Source: Solirubrobacterales bacterium (GTDB taxonomy: Bacteria > Actinomycetota > Thermoleophilia > Solirubrobacterales > 70-9). From it: a DNA stretch of 64,000 nt. The position numbers and the translations under genes are program-made. Below, piece after piece: positions 56,204 through 64,000 of the stretch (positions are counted from its first letter, which is position 1; each line of letters opens with the position of its first letter). The notes under the pieces were generated by a model. It saw nothing but the letters and a program-made list of their open reading frames with translations, was not told the DNA's origin and searched no databases. The DNA is taken from assembly GCA_033856415.1 (NCBI GenBank), contig JAWVFA010000045.1:33162-97161 (forward strand). Reading direction: 5' to 3'.

Positions 56204-57604
56204 ATGAAGCACACGCGCCTGGGCTACTGGGTCGAGGAGGCGGGGGAGGTCGAGCCCCGCCCCGCTCTGAGCGACGACCGCGAAGCGGACGTCCTGGTCG
56301 CCGGCGGCGGCTACACCGGGCTGTGGACCGCCTGGTACGCGAAGCAGCTTGACCCCGGGGCGCGGGTCGTCCTGCTCGAGGCCGAACCGCTCTGCGGCCG
56401 CGGCCCGAGCGGCCGCAACGGCGGCTTCTGCAACGCGATGTGGTTTTCGCTCGCCTCGATGCGTGAGCGCTGGGGCGACGCGGCGGCGCTGGCGACGGCG
56501 CGGGCGGCCGAGGAGGCGGTGGCCCGGATCGGCGCCTTCTGCGAAGAGCACGAGGTCGATGCCTGGTTCCGTCCCGCTGGCTACGTGCAGGTCTCGACCA
56601 CGCCGGCGCACGACGGATCCTGGGAGCGCGCAGTGCGCGCCTGCGCCGAGCTCGGTGTGCCGGAGATGCTGCAGCCGCTGAGCGCGGCGGAGGTGGCCGA
56701 GCGCTGCAGCTCGCCGGCCTTCCGCGCCGGTGTCGTCTCGCCGACCTCGGCGACGATACAGCCGGCTCGCCTCGCTCTCGGCTTGCGCAGTCAGCTGCTC
56801 GCGGCCGGGGTCGAGATCTTCGAGTCCTCGCCGGTGCGCTCGTTCCGCGAGGCCGGCGACGGGGTCGAGGTAAGGACCCCCGCCGGTTCGGTGCGCGCCG
56901 GCCGCGGCGTGCTGGCGATCGGCGCCGCCGCCAAGGCTCGCCGTGGCCCGCTGCGCGGCCGCCTCACCGTTGCCTCCTCGCACATCGTCCTCACCGAGCC
57001 GGTGCCCGACGTGCTCGAGCGGATCGGCTGGACCGGCGGCGACTGCATTACCGATTCGCGCTCGCTGCTCCACTACTTCCGCACCACCCGCGAGGGCCGC
57101 ATCGCCTTCGGCTGGGGCGGCGGCCGGATCGCGGCCGGCGCTCGCACCCACGGCCGCTCCGAGGTCGACGCCGCGGTGGTCGCCGCCGCGACCGAGCACC
57201 TCTACGACTACTTCCCGGCCCTCCGCGGCCGCCGCATTACCCACGCCTGGGGCGGCCCGATCGACGCCTCCCCGACCCACCTTCCCGCCGTCCACTCCCT
57301 GAAGGGGGGCCGCGCCTGGGTCGCCGCCGGCTACACCGGCAACGGCGTCGGCCCGAGCAACATGGTCGGCCGCACCCTCGCCTCGCTTTCGTTGGGCCGC
57401 GACGACGAGTACGCCCACCTCGCAATCGTCGACCCCAAATCCCCCCGCGTCCCACCCGAGCCCTTGCACTGGATTGGCGGCGAGGCGATCCGCCTCGGCA
57501 TCCTCAGGAAGGAGGAAGCCGAGATGACGGGCCGTCAGCCCGGCCGCATCGCCTCAGCCGTGGCCAAGGTCCCAGAGCTGCTCGGCTTCCACATCGGTCG
57601 CTGA
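56204..57604 (+). CDS. FAD-dependent oxidoreductase (DAO family; gamma-glutamylputrescine-oxidase-like)
   Basis: DVLVAGGGYTGLWTAWYA...GRNGGF. The start is the ATG at 56204, preceded by GGAGAA. Confidence 0.85.
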   Translation: MKHTRLGYWVEEAGEVEPRPALSDDREADVLVAGGGYTGLWTAWYAKQLDPGARVVLLEAEPLCGRGPSGRNGGFCNAMWFSLASMRERWGDAAALATARAAEEAVARIGAFCEEHEVDAWFRPAGYVQVSTTPAHDGSWERAVRACAELGVPEMLQPLSAAEVAERCSSPAFRAGVVSPTSATIQPARLALGLRSQLLAAGVEIFESSPVRSFREAGDGVEVRTPAGSVRAGRGVLAIGAAAKARRGPLRGRLTVASSHIVLTEPVPDVLERIGWTGGDCITDSRSLLHYFRTTREGRIAFGWGGGRIAAGARTHGRSEVDAAVVAAATEHLYDYFPALRGRRITHAWGGPIDASPTHLPAVHSLKGGRAWVAAGYTGNGVGPSNMVGRTLASLSLGRDDEYAHLAIVDPKSPRVPPEPLHWIGGEAIRLGILRKEEAEMTGRQPGRIASAVAKVPELLGFHIGR

Positions 57605-57605
57605 C

Positions 57606-58487
57606 TCAGGTAGCGGCGGATGCGCCCGCCGGAACGGCGATCCCCGTCTCCTGCTCCGGCCGCACGCTGGCCATCTTTTCCGCCCGGCGCTGCTGCCAGG
57701 TGGCGAGACCCATCGCGGCGACCGTGACGCTGAAGAGCATCATCGCGATCACGTTGACTTCGACCGGGATGCCGCGCTGGGCGGCGCCGAAGATGTAGAG
57801 GGGAAAGGTGACCGTGGTCCCCGAGTTGAAGTTGGAGATCACGAAGTCGTCGATCGAGAGGGCGAAGGCGAGCATCGCCGCGCCGAAGATGCCGGGCATG
57901 ATCAGCGGCAGGGTGACGAGGCGGAAGGTCTGGAAGGCGCTCGCCCCGAGATCCTTTGCCGCCTCCTCGAGGTTGCGGTCGAAGCCGATCAGCCGCGAGC
58001 GGACGACGACGACGACGAAGCTGATGCAGAACATCACGTGGGCGATCAGCAGCGTTTCGAAGCCGAGCGAGAAGGTGCCGAGCAGGAGGAAGAAGGAGAG
58101 CAGCGCCGCACCCATTACCACCTCAGGCGTCGCCATCGGAATCACGATCAGGAAGTTCGCCGCGCGCCGGCCGAGGAAGTTGTGGCGGACCAGCGCCAGC
58201 GCCATCATCGTTCCCACGATCGTCGAGATCGCCGTCGCCAGCACCGCCAGTTTGAGGCTGGTCAGCAGCGCTTCGTTCAGTTCGGGCCGGCTGAAGGCGT
58301 GGGCCCAGTGGTCGAGGGTGAAGCCAACCCAAGTGTAGTTGTAACGGCCTTGCGGGTCGTTGAAGGAGAAGAGCAGGATGACTGCGATCGGCAGCAGCAG
58401 GTAGACGACGACCAGCGCCGCGACGATGTTGACCGCGTGCTCGCGCAGCCAACGCCAAGCGCGGGAAAGTCCGCTCTCGCCGCTCAC
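57606..58487 (-). CDS. potC: Spermidine/putrescine ABC transporter permease
   Basis: Has the EAA loop (EEAAKDLGASAFQTFRLVTLP) and 6 TM helices. The GTG start overlaps the potB stop (GTGA). The longer track ORF is an out-of-frame extension across potB. Confidence 0.88.
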   Translation of the reverse strand: MSGESGLSRAWRWLREHAVNIVAALVVVYLLLPIAVILLFSFNDPQGRYNYTWVGFTLDHWAHAFSRPELNEALLTSLKLAVLATAISTIVGTMMALALVRHNFLGRRAANFLIVIPMATPEVVMGAALLSFFLLLGTFSLGFETLLIAHVMFCISFVVVVVRSRLIGFDRNLEEAAKDLGASAFQTFRLVTLPLIMPGIFGAAMLAFALSIDDFVISNFNSGTTVTFPLYIFGAAQRGIPVEVNVIAMMLFSVTVAAMGLATWQQRRAEKMASVRPEQETGIAVPAGASAAT

Positions 58488-59335
58488 CGCGCGGCCTCCT
58501 CGCCCATCAGCGCCTCGGACCCGGCGAAGCGGATGTAGACGAAGACGGCGATCATGATCAGGGCCATCAGCACGAAGGAGAGGGCCGCCGCCGAGGGGTA
58601 ATCGGCCTGGCTCAGATAGAGGGACTGGATCACGTTGCCGATCATCCGGTTGCCTGCGCCGCCGAGGAATTGGGCGTTGACGTAATCGCCCGCGGCGGGG
58701 ATGAAGGTCAGCAGCGTCCCGGCCACGATCCCCGGTGCCGAGAGCGGCAGCGTCACCCGCACGAAGCTCTGCGCCGCCGAGCTGTAGAGGTCCTTTGCCG
58801 CCTCGATCAGCCGCACGTCGATCCGCTCGAGGCTGGCGTAGATCGGCAGGATCATGAAGGGCAGGAAGTTGTAGGTGAGCCCGGCGATTACCGCGCCGCT
58901 GGTGGCGAGGACGTGACCGCTCGGCGCTAGGCCGATGGCGTGGAGGAATTCGGTGACCGGACTTTCGTCGGAGAGGATCGTCTCCCAGGCGATCGTCCGG
59001 ATCAGGTAGGTGGTGAAGAAAGGGGCGACCACCGCGAACAGCATCAGGTTGCGCCAGCGGCCGGCCTTGAAGGCGATCGCGTAGGCGAGCGGGTAGGCGA
59101 TTACGAGGGCCAGCAGAGTCGCCGCGCCGGCGTAGACGAAGGAGCGCACGAACTGGGTGTCGTATTCCGACAGCGCTTCCTTGTAGTTGTCCCAATGCCA
59201 GTTGAATTCGAGCGCGCCGACGAAGCCCGACTCCAGCGAGAGTTTCGCCATGTAGTAGAGCGGGATGACGAAGAAGATGAGCAGCCAGGCCGTCCCCGGT
59301 GCCAGCAGGAAGTAGGGGATGGCCCGGCGCTTCAT
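58484..59335 (-). CDS. potB: Spermidine/putrescine ABC transporter permease
   Basis: EAA loop IEAAKDLYSSAAQSFVRVTLP. Length is 283 aa. Confidence 0.88.
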   Translation of the reverse strand: MKRRAIPYFLLAPGTAWLLIFFVIPLYYMAKLSLESGFVGALEFNWHWDNYKEALSEYDTQFVRSFVYAGAATLLALVIAYPLAYAIAFKAGRWRNLMLFAVVAPFFTTYLIRTIAWETILSDESPVTEFLHAIGLAPSGHVLATSGAVIAGLTYNFLPFMILPIYASLERIDVRLIEAAKDLYSSAAQSFVRVTLPLSAPGIVAGTLLTFIPAAGDYVNAQFLGGAGNRMIGNVIQSLYLSQADYPSAAALSFVLMALIMIAVFVYIRFAGSEALMGEEAAR

Positions 59336-59339
59336 CGGA

Positions 59340-60506
59340 TCAGCCGTTCAAAACCGCGTCGAAGGCCTTGATTACCTTCTGTTCTTCTTCTTCGCTTTCA
59401 AACACCGGCGTCGCCGAGCACTTCTTGGTGAAGGAGGAGCTCGGGAAGATCAGCTGGTTGCTCGCTAGTTCCGGATCGCGCTTGGCGAGTACTTCTTTCA
59501 CGCCTTCGACCGGCGTCACGTAGTTGACGTATTCGGCGATGTTGGCCTGGACTTCGGGTTCGTAGACGAAGTTCATGAAGGCCTCGGCCGCGGTCGGGTT
59601 CGGGGCCCCGATCGGGATCACCATGTCTTCGGACCAGAGCATGCAGCCCTCGGTCGGCATCCGCCATTCGAGGTTCGGGTTGTCCGCCTGCAACTGCACC
59701 GCATCGCCCGACCAGCCGATCACCGCGACGACGTTGCCGCTGGTCAGATCGCTCTGGTAGTCGTTGCCGGTGAAGCGCCGGACCTGACCCGATTCGGCCG
59801 CGCCCTTGATTTTGTCGATCGCCTTCATCCAGTCTGCTTCGGTTGCTTCGTCGGGATCGACCCCTTCGCACTTCATCACCAGCGGCACCGTTTCCCGGAC
59901 TTCGTTGAGGAAGTCCACTTTGCCCTTGTATTTCGGGTCGAACAGGTCACAGATCGAGCGAACGTCGGGCGCGGTTTCTTTGTTGACGATGACCCCGGTC
60001 ATCCCGCTCTGCCACGGGACGGTCCAGTCGCGGTTGGGGTCAAAGCTCGGGTGCTGAAGGCTGGCGACGAGGTTCTTTTCGACTTCCGGCAGTCCCGCTT
60101 TGTCGAATTCCTGCAGGTAGCCGAGCTTGTGCATTTTCACGACCTGGTAGTCGGCGAGGACGAAGATGCTGCGCCCACCCGATTCCCCCTGCTGCAGAAG
60201 CGGCTGCATCTTGTTGAAGAATTCTTCGTTGGAGTTGATGTCCTCGATGTACTTGACCTTCACTCCGCTGGCTTTTTCAAAGTCCGGGACGGTCTTCTTG
60301 TCGATGTAGAGCGGCCAGTTCGAGATCGTCAGATCACCCGAAGCCTTGCCTTCGAGCTTCACTTTCTGGGCTTCCTTTTCGCTGCCGCCTTCGATCCCGC
60401 CACCGCCGCCACCGCAGGCAGCGAGCCCGAGGGCGAGCACCGCCGCGGCGATCAGGACGGCGAGGATCGCCGGGTTCCTGCGTGGGTCCTTCTCGCTGCT
60501 CACCAT
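59340..60506 (-). CDS. potD: Spermidine/putrescine-binding lipoprotein
   Basis: Lipobox LGLAACGG and a PotD/PotF-type SBP body (ISNWPLYID...WSGD). The start is the ATG at 60506, preceded by GGGAGG. Confidence 0.88.
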   Translation of the reverse strand: MVSSEKDPRRNPAILAVLIAAAVLALGLAACGGGGGGIEGGSEKEAQKVKLEGKASGDLTISNWPLYIDKKTVPDFEKASGVKVKYIEDINSNEEFFNKMQPLLQQGESGGRSIFVLADYQVVKMHKLGYLQEFDKAGLPEVEKNLVASLQHPSFDPNRDWTVPWQSGMTGVIVNKETAPDVRSICDLFDPKYKGKVDFLNEVRETVPLVMKCEGVDPDEATEADWMKAIDKIKGAAESGQVRRFTGNDYQSDLTSGNVVAVIGWSGDAVQLQADNPNLEWRMPTEGCMLWSEDMVIPIGAPNPTAAEAFMNFVYEPEVQANIAEYVNYVTPVEGVKEVLAKRDPELASNQLIFPSSSFTKKCSATPVFESEEEEQKVIKAFDAVLNG

Positions 60507-60513
60507 CTGTGGT

Positions 60514-61692
60514 TCAACCTCCCTGGCTCGTTTCCAGTTGCGACTGGTCGGCGGCGCTGTCGCCGTCGGTACTTCCCGCGGGCGCGCCGTTCGGCGACTC
60601 GCGGACAAGGTGCATGTGCTCGGGCTCCCAGACGAGGGCGACTCGGGCGCCGCCGCCCGGTAGCTGCTGGCGCTCGGCCTCGTCGGCGTTGGGGACGAGG
60701 ACGGTCATCCGCACGCCCTTGCCGAGGTCGACCGCGATCTGGGTCGCGGTGCCGAGGTAGAGCGAGCTGGCGACGACCCCCTCGACGCGGGGGTGGTCGG
60801 CGCGTCCGTCGCCATCTTCGCCCAGCTCGACCTGCAGCTTCTCCGGCCGCACCACCGCGTGGCAGCGGTCGCCGGTTGAGAACCCGTCGGTTGGTGCCGC
60901 AATCGTCGTGCCCTCGTCGAGCTTCACCTCCTGGCTGCCGGTCACGGTCGCCGGCATCAGGTTGGAGACGCCGATGAAGCCGGCGACGAAGGTGGTCGCC
61001 GGGCGGTCGTAGACGGCCTCGGGGACGGCGATCTGTTCGACCCGGCCGCGGTTCATCACCGCGATCCGGTCGCTCATCGTCAGCGCCTCCTCCTGGTCGT
61101 GGGTGACGTAGACGAAGGTGATGCCGACGTCGCGCTGGATCCGCTTCAGCTCGACCTGCAGTTCCTTGCGCAGCTTCAGATCGAGGGCCCCGAGCGGCTC
61201 GTCGAGCAGCAGCACCTTCGGCAGGTTGACCAGCGCTCGCGCCAGCGCGACCCGCTGCTGCATCCCGCCGGAGAGCTGCGAGGGTCGCCGGTTGGCCTCC
61301 GTGGCCAGCCCGACTCGCTCGAGCTCGGCCTTGACCCGCTCGGCGATCTCGTCCTTGCCGACCTTCTTGCGCTTCAGCCCGAAGGCCACGTTTGCCTCGA
61401 CGCTGAGGTGCGGGAAGAGCGCGTAGCTCTGGAAGACGGTGTTGGTCGGGCGCTTGTGCGGCGGCAGCTGTGCCACGTCCTCGCCCTCGATCCGGATCTC
61501 GCCGCCGGTCGGACGCTCGAAGCCGGCGATCATCCGCAGAGTCGTCGTCTTGCCGCAGCCGCTTGGCCCCAGCAAGGTGAAGAACTCCCCGCGTCCCAGC
61601 TCCAAGCTCAGGTCGTCGACTGCGACAAAGCCGTCGAAGCGTTTGGTCACGCTTCGCAGCTCGACGCTGGGGGTATCTCCGTGGGCGTCCAT
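60514..61692 (-). CDS. potA: Spermidine/putrescine ABC transporter ATPase
   Basis: GPSGCGKTT, LSGGMQQRVALARAL, LLLDEP, and a TOBE-like C-terminus. The start is the internal ATG at 61692. Confidence 0.9.
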   Translation of the reverse strand: MDAHGDTPSVELRSVTKRFDGFVAVDDLSLELGRGEFFTLLGPSGCGKTTTLRMIAGFERPTGGEIRIEGEDVAQLPPHKRPTNTVFQSYALFPHLSVEANVAFGLKRKKVGKDEIAERVKAELERVGLATEANRRPSQLSGGMQQRVALARALVNLPKVLLLDEPLGALDLKLRKELQVELKRIQRDVGITFVYVTHDQEEALTMSDRIAVMNRGRVEQIAVPEAVYDRPATTFVAGFIGVSNLMPATVTGSQEVKLDEGTTIAAPTDGFSTGDRCHAVVRPEKLQVELGEDGDGRADHPRVEGVVASSLYLGTATQIAVDLGKGVRMTVLVPNADEAERQQLPGGGARVALVWEPEHMHLVRESPNGAPAGSTDGDSAADQSQLETSQGG

Positions 61693-61810
61693 CAGTCCTA
61701 TCCGGGCCTCCTGTAGGTGGCCAGCCACTACCCGAATGTGCGGCTGTCTATCAGCGACGGTAAGCCCCGGTGGAAGGGCGCGCAAGGGGCAAATGTCCTA
61801 AAAGCACAGG

Positions 61811-61840
61811 AGCGACTTGTACACCACGTACAAGCTCGCT
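61811..61840. promoter_or_regulatory. Candidate operator palindrome in the potA / aminotransferase divergent region
   Basis: AGCGACTTGTAC-accac-GTACAAGCTCGCT has a perfect 7-bp core (CTTGTAC/GTACAAG). It lies in a locally lower-GC 236-bp divergent intergenic region. Confidence 0.3.
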
Positions 61841-61928
61841 TCCCGTCCTTGACCCAAAGACCACTTGCGAATGTTGGATTCTCGCTCTAGCTTTGTCCAT
61901 AACGTCGTAATCCGAGGAGGAGGGCCTT

Positions 61929-63353
61929 ATGGCCACCGCGTCGCAAGCTCCCGCAGGTACCGATCTCCAGCAGTTGGCTCGCCGGCACCTCTGGATGCAC
62001 TTTTCGAGGATGGGCGCCTACGGGCCCGACCACGAGGTGCCGATCATCACCCGGGCCGAGGGCTGCTACGTCTACGACGAACACGGCAACCGCTACCTCG
62101 ACGGCCTCTCCGGCCTCTTCTGCGTCAACGCCGGCCACGGCCGCACCGAGTACGGCGAGGCGGCAGCGCGCCAGGTCGAAGAGCTCGACTTCTACACGCT
62201 CTGGAGCTACGCCCACCCCCGGGCGATCGAACTGGCGGCGCGGATCGCCTCGCTTGCCCCCGGCGACCTCAATCGCGTCTTCTTCACCTCCGGCGGCTCG
62301 GAGGCGGTCGAGTCGGCGCTGAAGCTCTCCCGCAACTACCACCGCATGCACGGCAAAGGCCAGAAGCACAAGGTGATCGCCCGCGAGGTTGCCTACCACG
62401 GCACCTCCTTCGGGGCTCTCTCGGCCACCGGCATCACCGAGCTCCGCAGCCAGTTCGAGCCGCTGACGCCGGGCGGCTGCCATGTCCCCAACACCAACAT
62501 CTACCGCTGGCCCGACAACAAGGACCCGCTCTGGGTGGCGGACGCAATCGAGGAGCGGATCGTCTTCGAGGGACCGGAGACGGTCGCGGCGGTGATTCTC
62601 GAGCCGGTGCAGAACGCCGGCGGCTGCTTCGTCCCGCCCGACGGCTACTTCCAGCGGGTACGCGAGATCTGCGATCAGTACGACGTGCTGATGATCTCCG
62701 ACGAGGTGATCTGCGCCTGGGGTCGCCTTGGCCACTACTTCGGCTGCGAACGCTTCGACTACGTGCCGGACATGATCACCGTCGCCAAGGCGCTGACCTC
62801 GGCCTACGCGCCGATGGGCGGTGTGATCGCTTCCGACAAGGTCGCCGAGCCGTTCATGGAGGGAGACGCCTCCTTCGCCCACGGCTTCACCTTCGCCGGT
62901 CACCCGATCGCCGCGGCGATCGCGATGGCCAACCTCGACGTCTACGAGCGCGAGGACCTCTGCGGCCACGTGCTGGCCAAGGAGGGCGAGTTCCGCGGGA
63001 TGCTGGAGACGCTGCACGACCTGCCGATCGTCGGTGACGTGCGCGGCGCCGGCTACTTCCACGCGGTCGAGCTGGTCAAAGACAAGGAGACGAAAGAGAG
63101 CTTCAACGACGAGGAGTCCGAGAAGCTGCTGCGTGGCTTCCTCTCCGGCGAGCTCTACAAGCGTGGGTTGATCTGCCGCGCCGACGATCGCGGCGACCCG
63201 GTCGTGCAGCTGGCGCCGCCGCTGATCGCCGACACCGAGCAGTTCGAAGAAATCCATGACGTCCTCCGCGCGGTGCTCACGGAGGCCTGGGACCAGATGG
63301 TCCGCGGGGCTCCCGCCCAGCCAGCGCGAACCGATCGCCTCCGCCGAAACTAA
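61929..63353 (+). CDS. Class-III (omega) aminotransferase, putrescine/GABA/beta-alanine-pyruvate type
   Basis: LWMHFS...YLDGLSGLFCVNAGHG...FFTSGGSEAVESALK...DEVICAWGRLG...VAKALTSAY (PLP Lys). Confidence 0.9.
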   Translation: MATASQAPAGTDLQQLARRHLWMHFSRMGAYGPDHEVPIITRAEGCYVYDEHGNRYLDGLSGLFCVNAGHGRTEYGEAAARQVEELDFYTLWSYAHPRAIELAARIASLAPGDLNRVFFTSGGSEAVESALKLSRNYHRMHGKGQKHKVIAREVAYHGTSFGALSATGITELRSQFEPLTPGGCHVPNTNIYRWPDNKDPLWVADAIEERIVFEGPETVAAVILEPVQNAGGCFVPPDGYFQRVREICDQYDVLMISDEVICAWGRLGHYFGCERFDYVPDMITVAKALTSAYAPMGGVIASDKVAEPFMEGDASFAHGFTFAGHPIAAAIAMANLDVYEREDLCGHVLAKEGEFRGMLETLHDLPIVGDVRGAGYFHAVELVKDKETKESFNDEESEKLLRGFLSGELYKRGLICRADDRGDPVVQLAPPLIADTEQFEEIHDVLRAVLTEAWDQMVRGAPAQPARTDRLRRN

Positions 63354-63362
63354 GGGGCCACG

Positions 63363-64000
63363 GTGCTCACCGTTCAAAGCCTGCTCGACGAGCTCGACCT
63401 CGAGCTGGGGGCTGGTGCGGACGCGGCCGCGGCGCCGGTGCGCTGGGTCCACATCTCCGAGCTCGAGGACCCGACGCCGTGGCTCTCGGGCGGCGAGCTG
63501 ATGCTGACCACGGGGATCCCGCTCGACAGCGCCGCCAAGCAGCGTGCCTTCATCCGCATCCTCGCCGACCGCAACCTGGCCGGGCTCGGGTTCGGCACCG
63601 GCTTCAACCACAAATCGCTGCCCAAGGCGCTGGTCGACGAGGCCGAGAAGCGGGAATTCCCGCTCTTCGAGGTGCCCTACTCGGTGCCGTTCATCGCGAT
63701 CACCGAGAAGGCCTTCGCTCGCCTAGTCAACGAGCAGTACGAGGTCCTGCAGCGGGGGATCGCGGTCCAGCGCCGGCTCGAGCGGCTGGTCCTCGAGGAG
63801 CGGGGGCTGGAGGAAATCGCCGCCACCGTCGCCTCCGCGGTCGGCGGCACCGTCGCGGTCCTCGACGCGCGCGGCGAGCGGCTCGCCGGCAAGGGCTTCC
63901 GCCGCCAGCTCTCCGCCGAGGCGATCGCCGCGATCCGCAAGGAAGCGCTGAGCCACGCCGGCGACGGGCACCCCTTCGTCCCCTCCCACCCGAACGTCGC
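63363..64000 (+). CDS. PucR-family transcriptional regulator, N-terminal part (runs off the window)
   Basis: The GTG at 63363 is followed by an open frame to the window edge: LTVQSLLDELDLELGAG...VRWVHISELEDPTPWLSGGELMLTTG...LAGLGFGTG...FPLFEVPYSVPFI. This is the typical PucR/PutR N-terminal domain. Confidence 0.75.
   Translation, partial: MLTVQSLLDELDLELGAGADAAAAPVRWVHISELEDPTPWLSGGELMLTTGIPLDSAAKQRAFIRILADRNLAGLGFGTGFNHKSLPKALVDEAEKREFPLFEVPYSVPFIAITEKAFARLVNEQYEVLQRGIAVQRRLERLVLEERGLEEIAATVASAVGGTVAVLDARGERLAGKGFRRQLSAEAIAAIRKEALSHAGDGHPFVPSHPNV

Noticed and set aside
58488-59195. N-terminal extension of the 529-aa track ORF 57606..59195.
   Set aside because: It overlaps potB in another frame and is Arg/Pro/Gly-rich. 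potC starts at the GTG at 58487, which overlaps the potB stop.

Overview
High-GC (roughly 70% by eye) bacterial chromosomal window, probably a deep-branching Actinomycetota-like organism; this is inferred from gene content and from the rpsF-ssb-rpsR-rplI-dnaB synteny. The window is densely coding and mostly housekeeping. In order it contains: purA; dnaB plus a DnaC/DnaI-like loader; ribosomal proteins and ssb; trehalose synthesis (otsA and a treT-like gene); HtrA and a two-component system; thiL; cell-envelope genes (PBP1A, L,D-transpeptidase, GT-C transferase); pyrE; an NfeD/stomatin/galT operon; an SF2 helicase; birA; a ccmABCD-hemA-hemC-cobA/hemD cluster; ALDH; rarA; methylmalonyl-CoA epimerase; several methyltransferase, VOC and SDR genes; an ECF sigma; two tandem S51 peptidases; ferritin; and a polyamine uptake and catabolism cluster (decarboxylase, FAD oxidase, potABCD, class-III aminotransferase, PucR regulator). 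The clearly accessory part is a ~3.4 kb lower-GC islet at tRNA-Arg(CCT). It is bounded by an exact 44-bp duplication of the tRNA 3' half and has no recognisable integrase. The islet carries a translationally coupled three-gene operon: a stand-alone colicin-E3-type rRNase toxin domain, an acidic 108-aa partner, and an ImmA/IrrE-type Zn-protease fusion. I consider this operon the best candidate for an undescribed toxin/immunity or defence-type system. The second notable signal is a family of long perfect hairpins that share an identical 15-nt loop but have different, compensating stems; one copy lies in-frame inside birA. A vapBC pair flanks the tRNA. Many long ORFs in the track are antisense shadow ORFs typical of high-GC DNA and were rejected.
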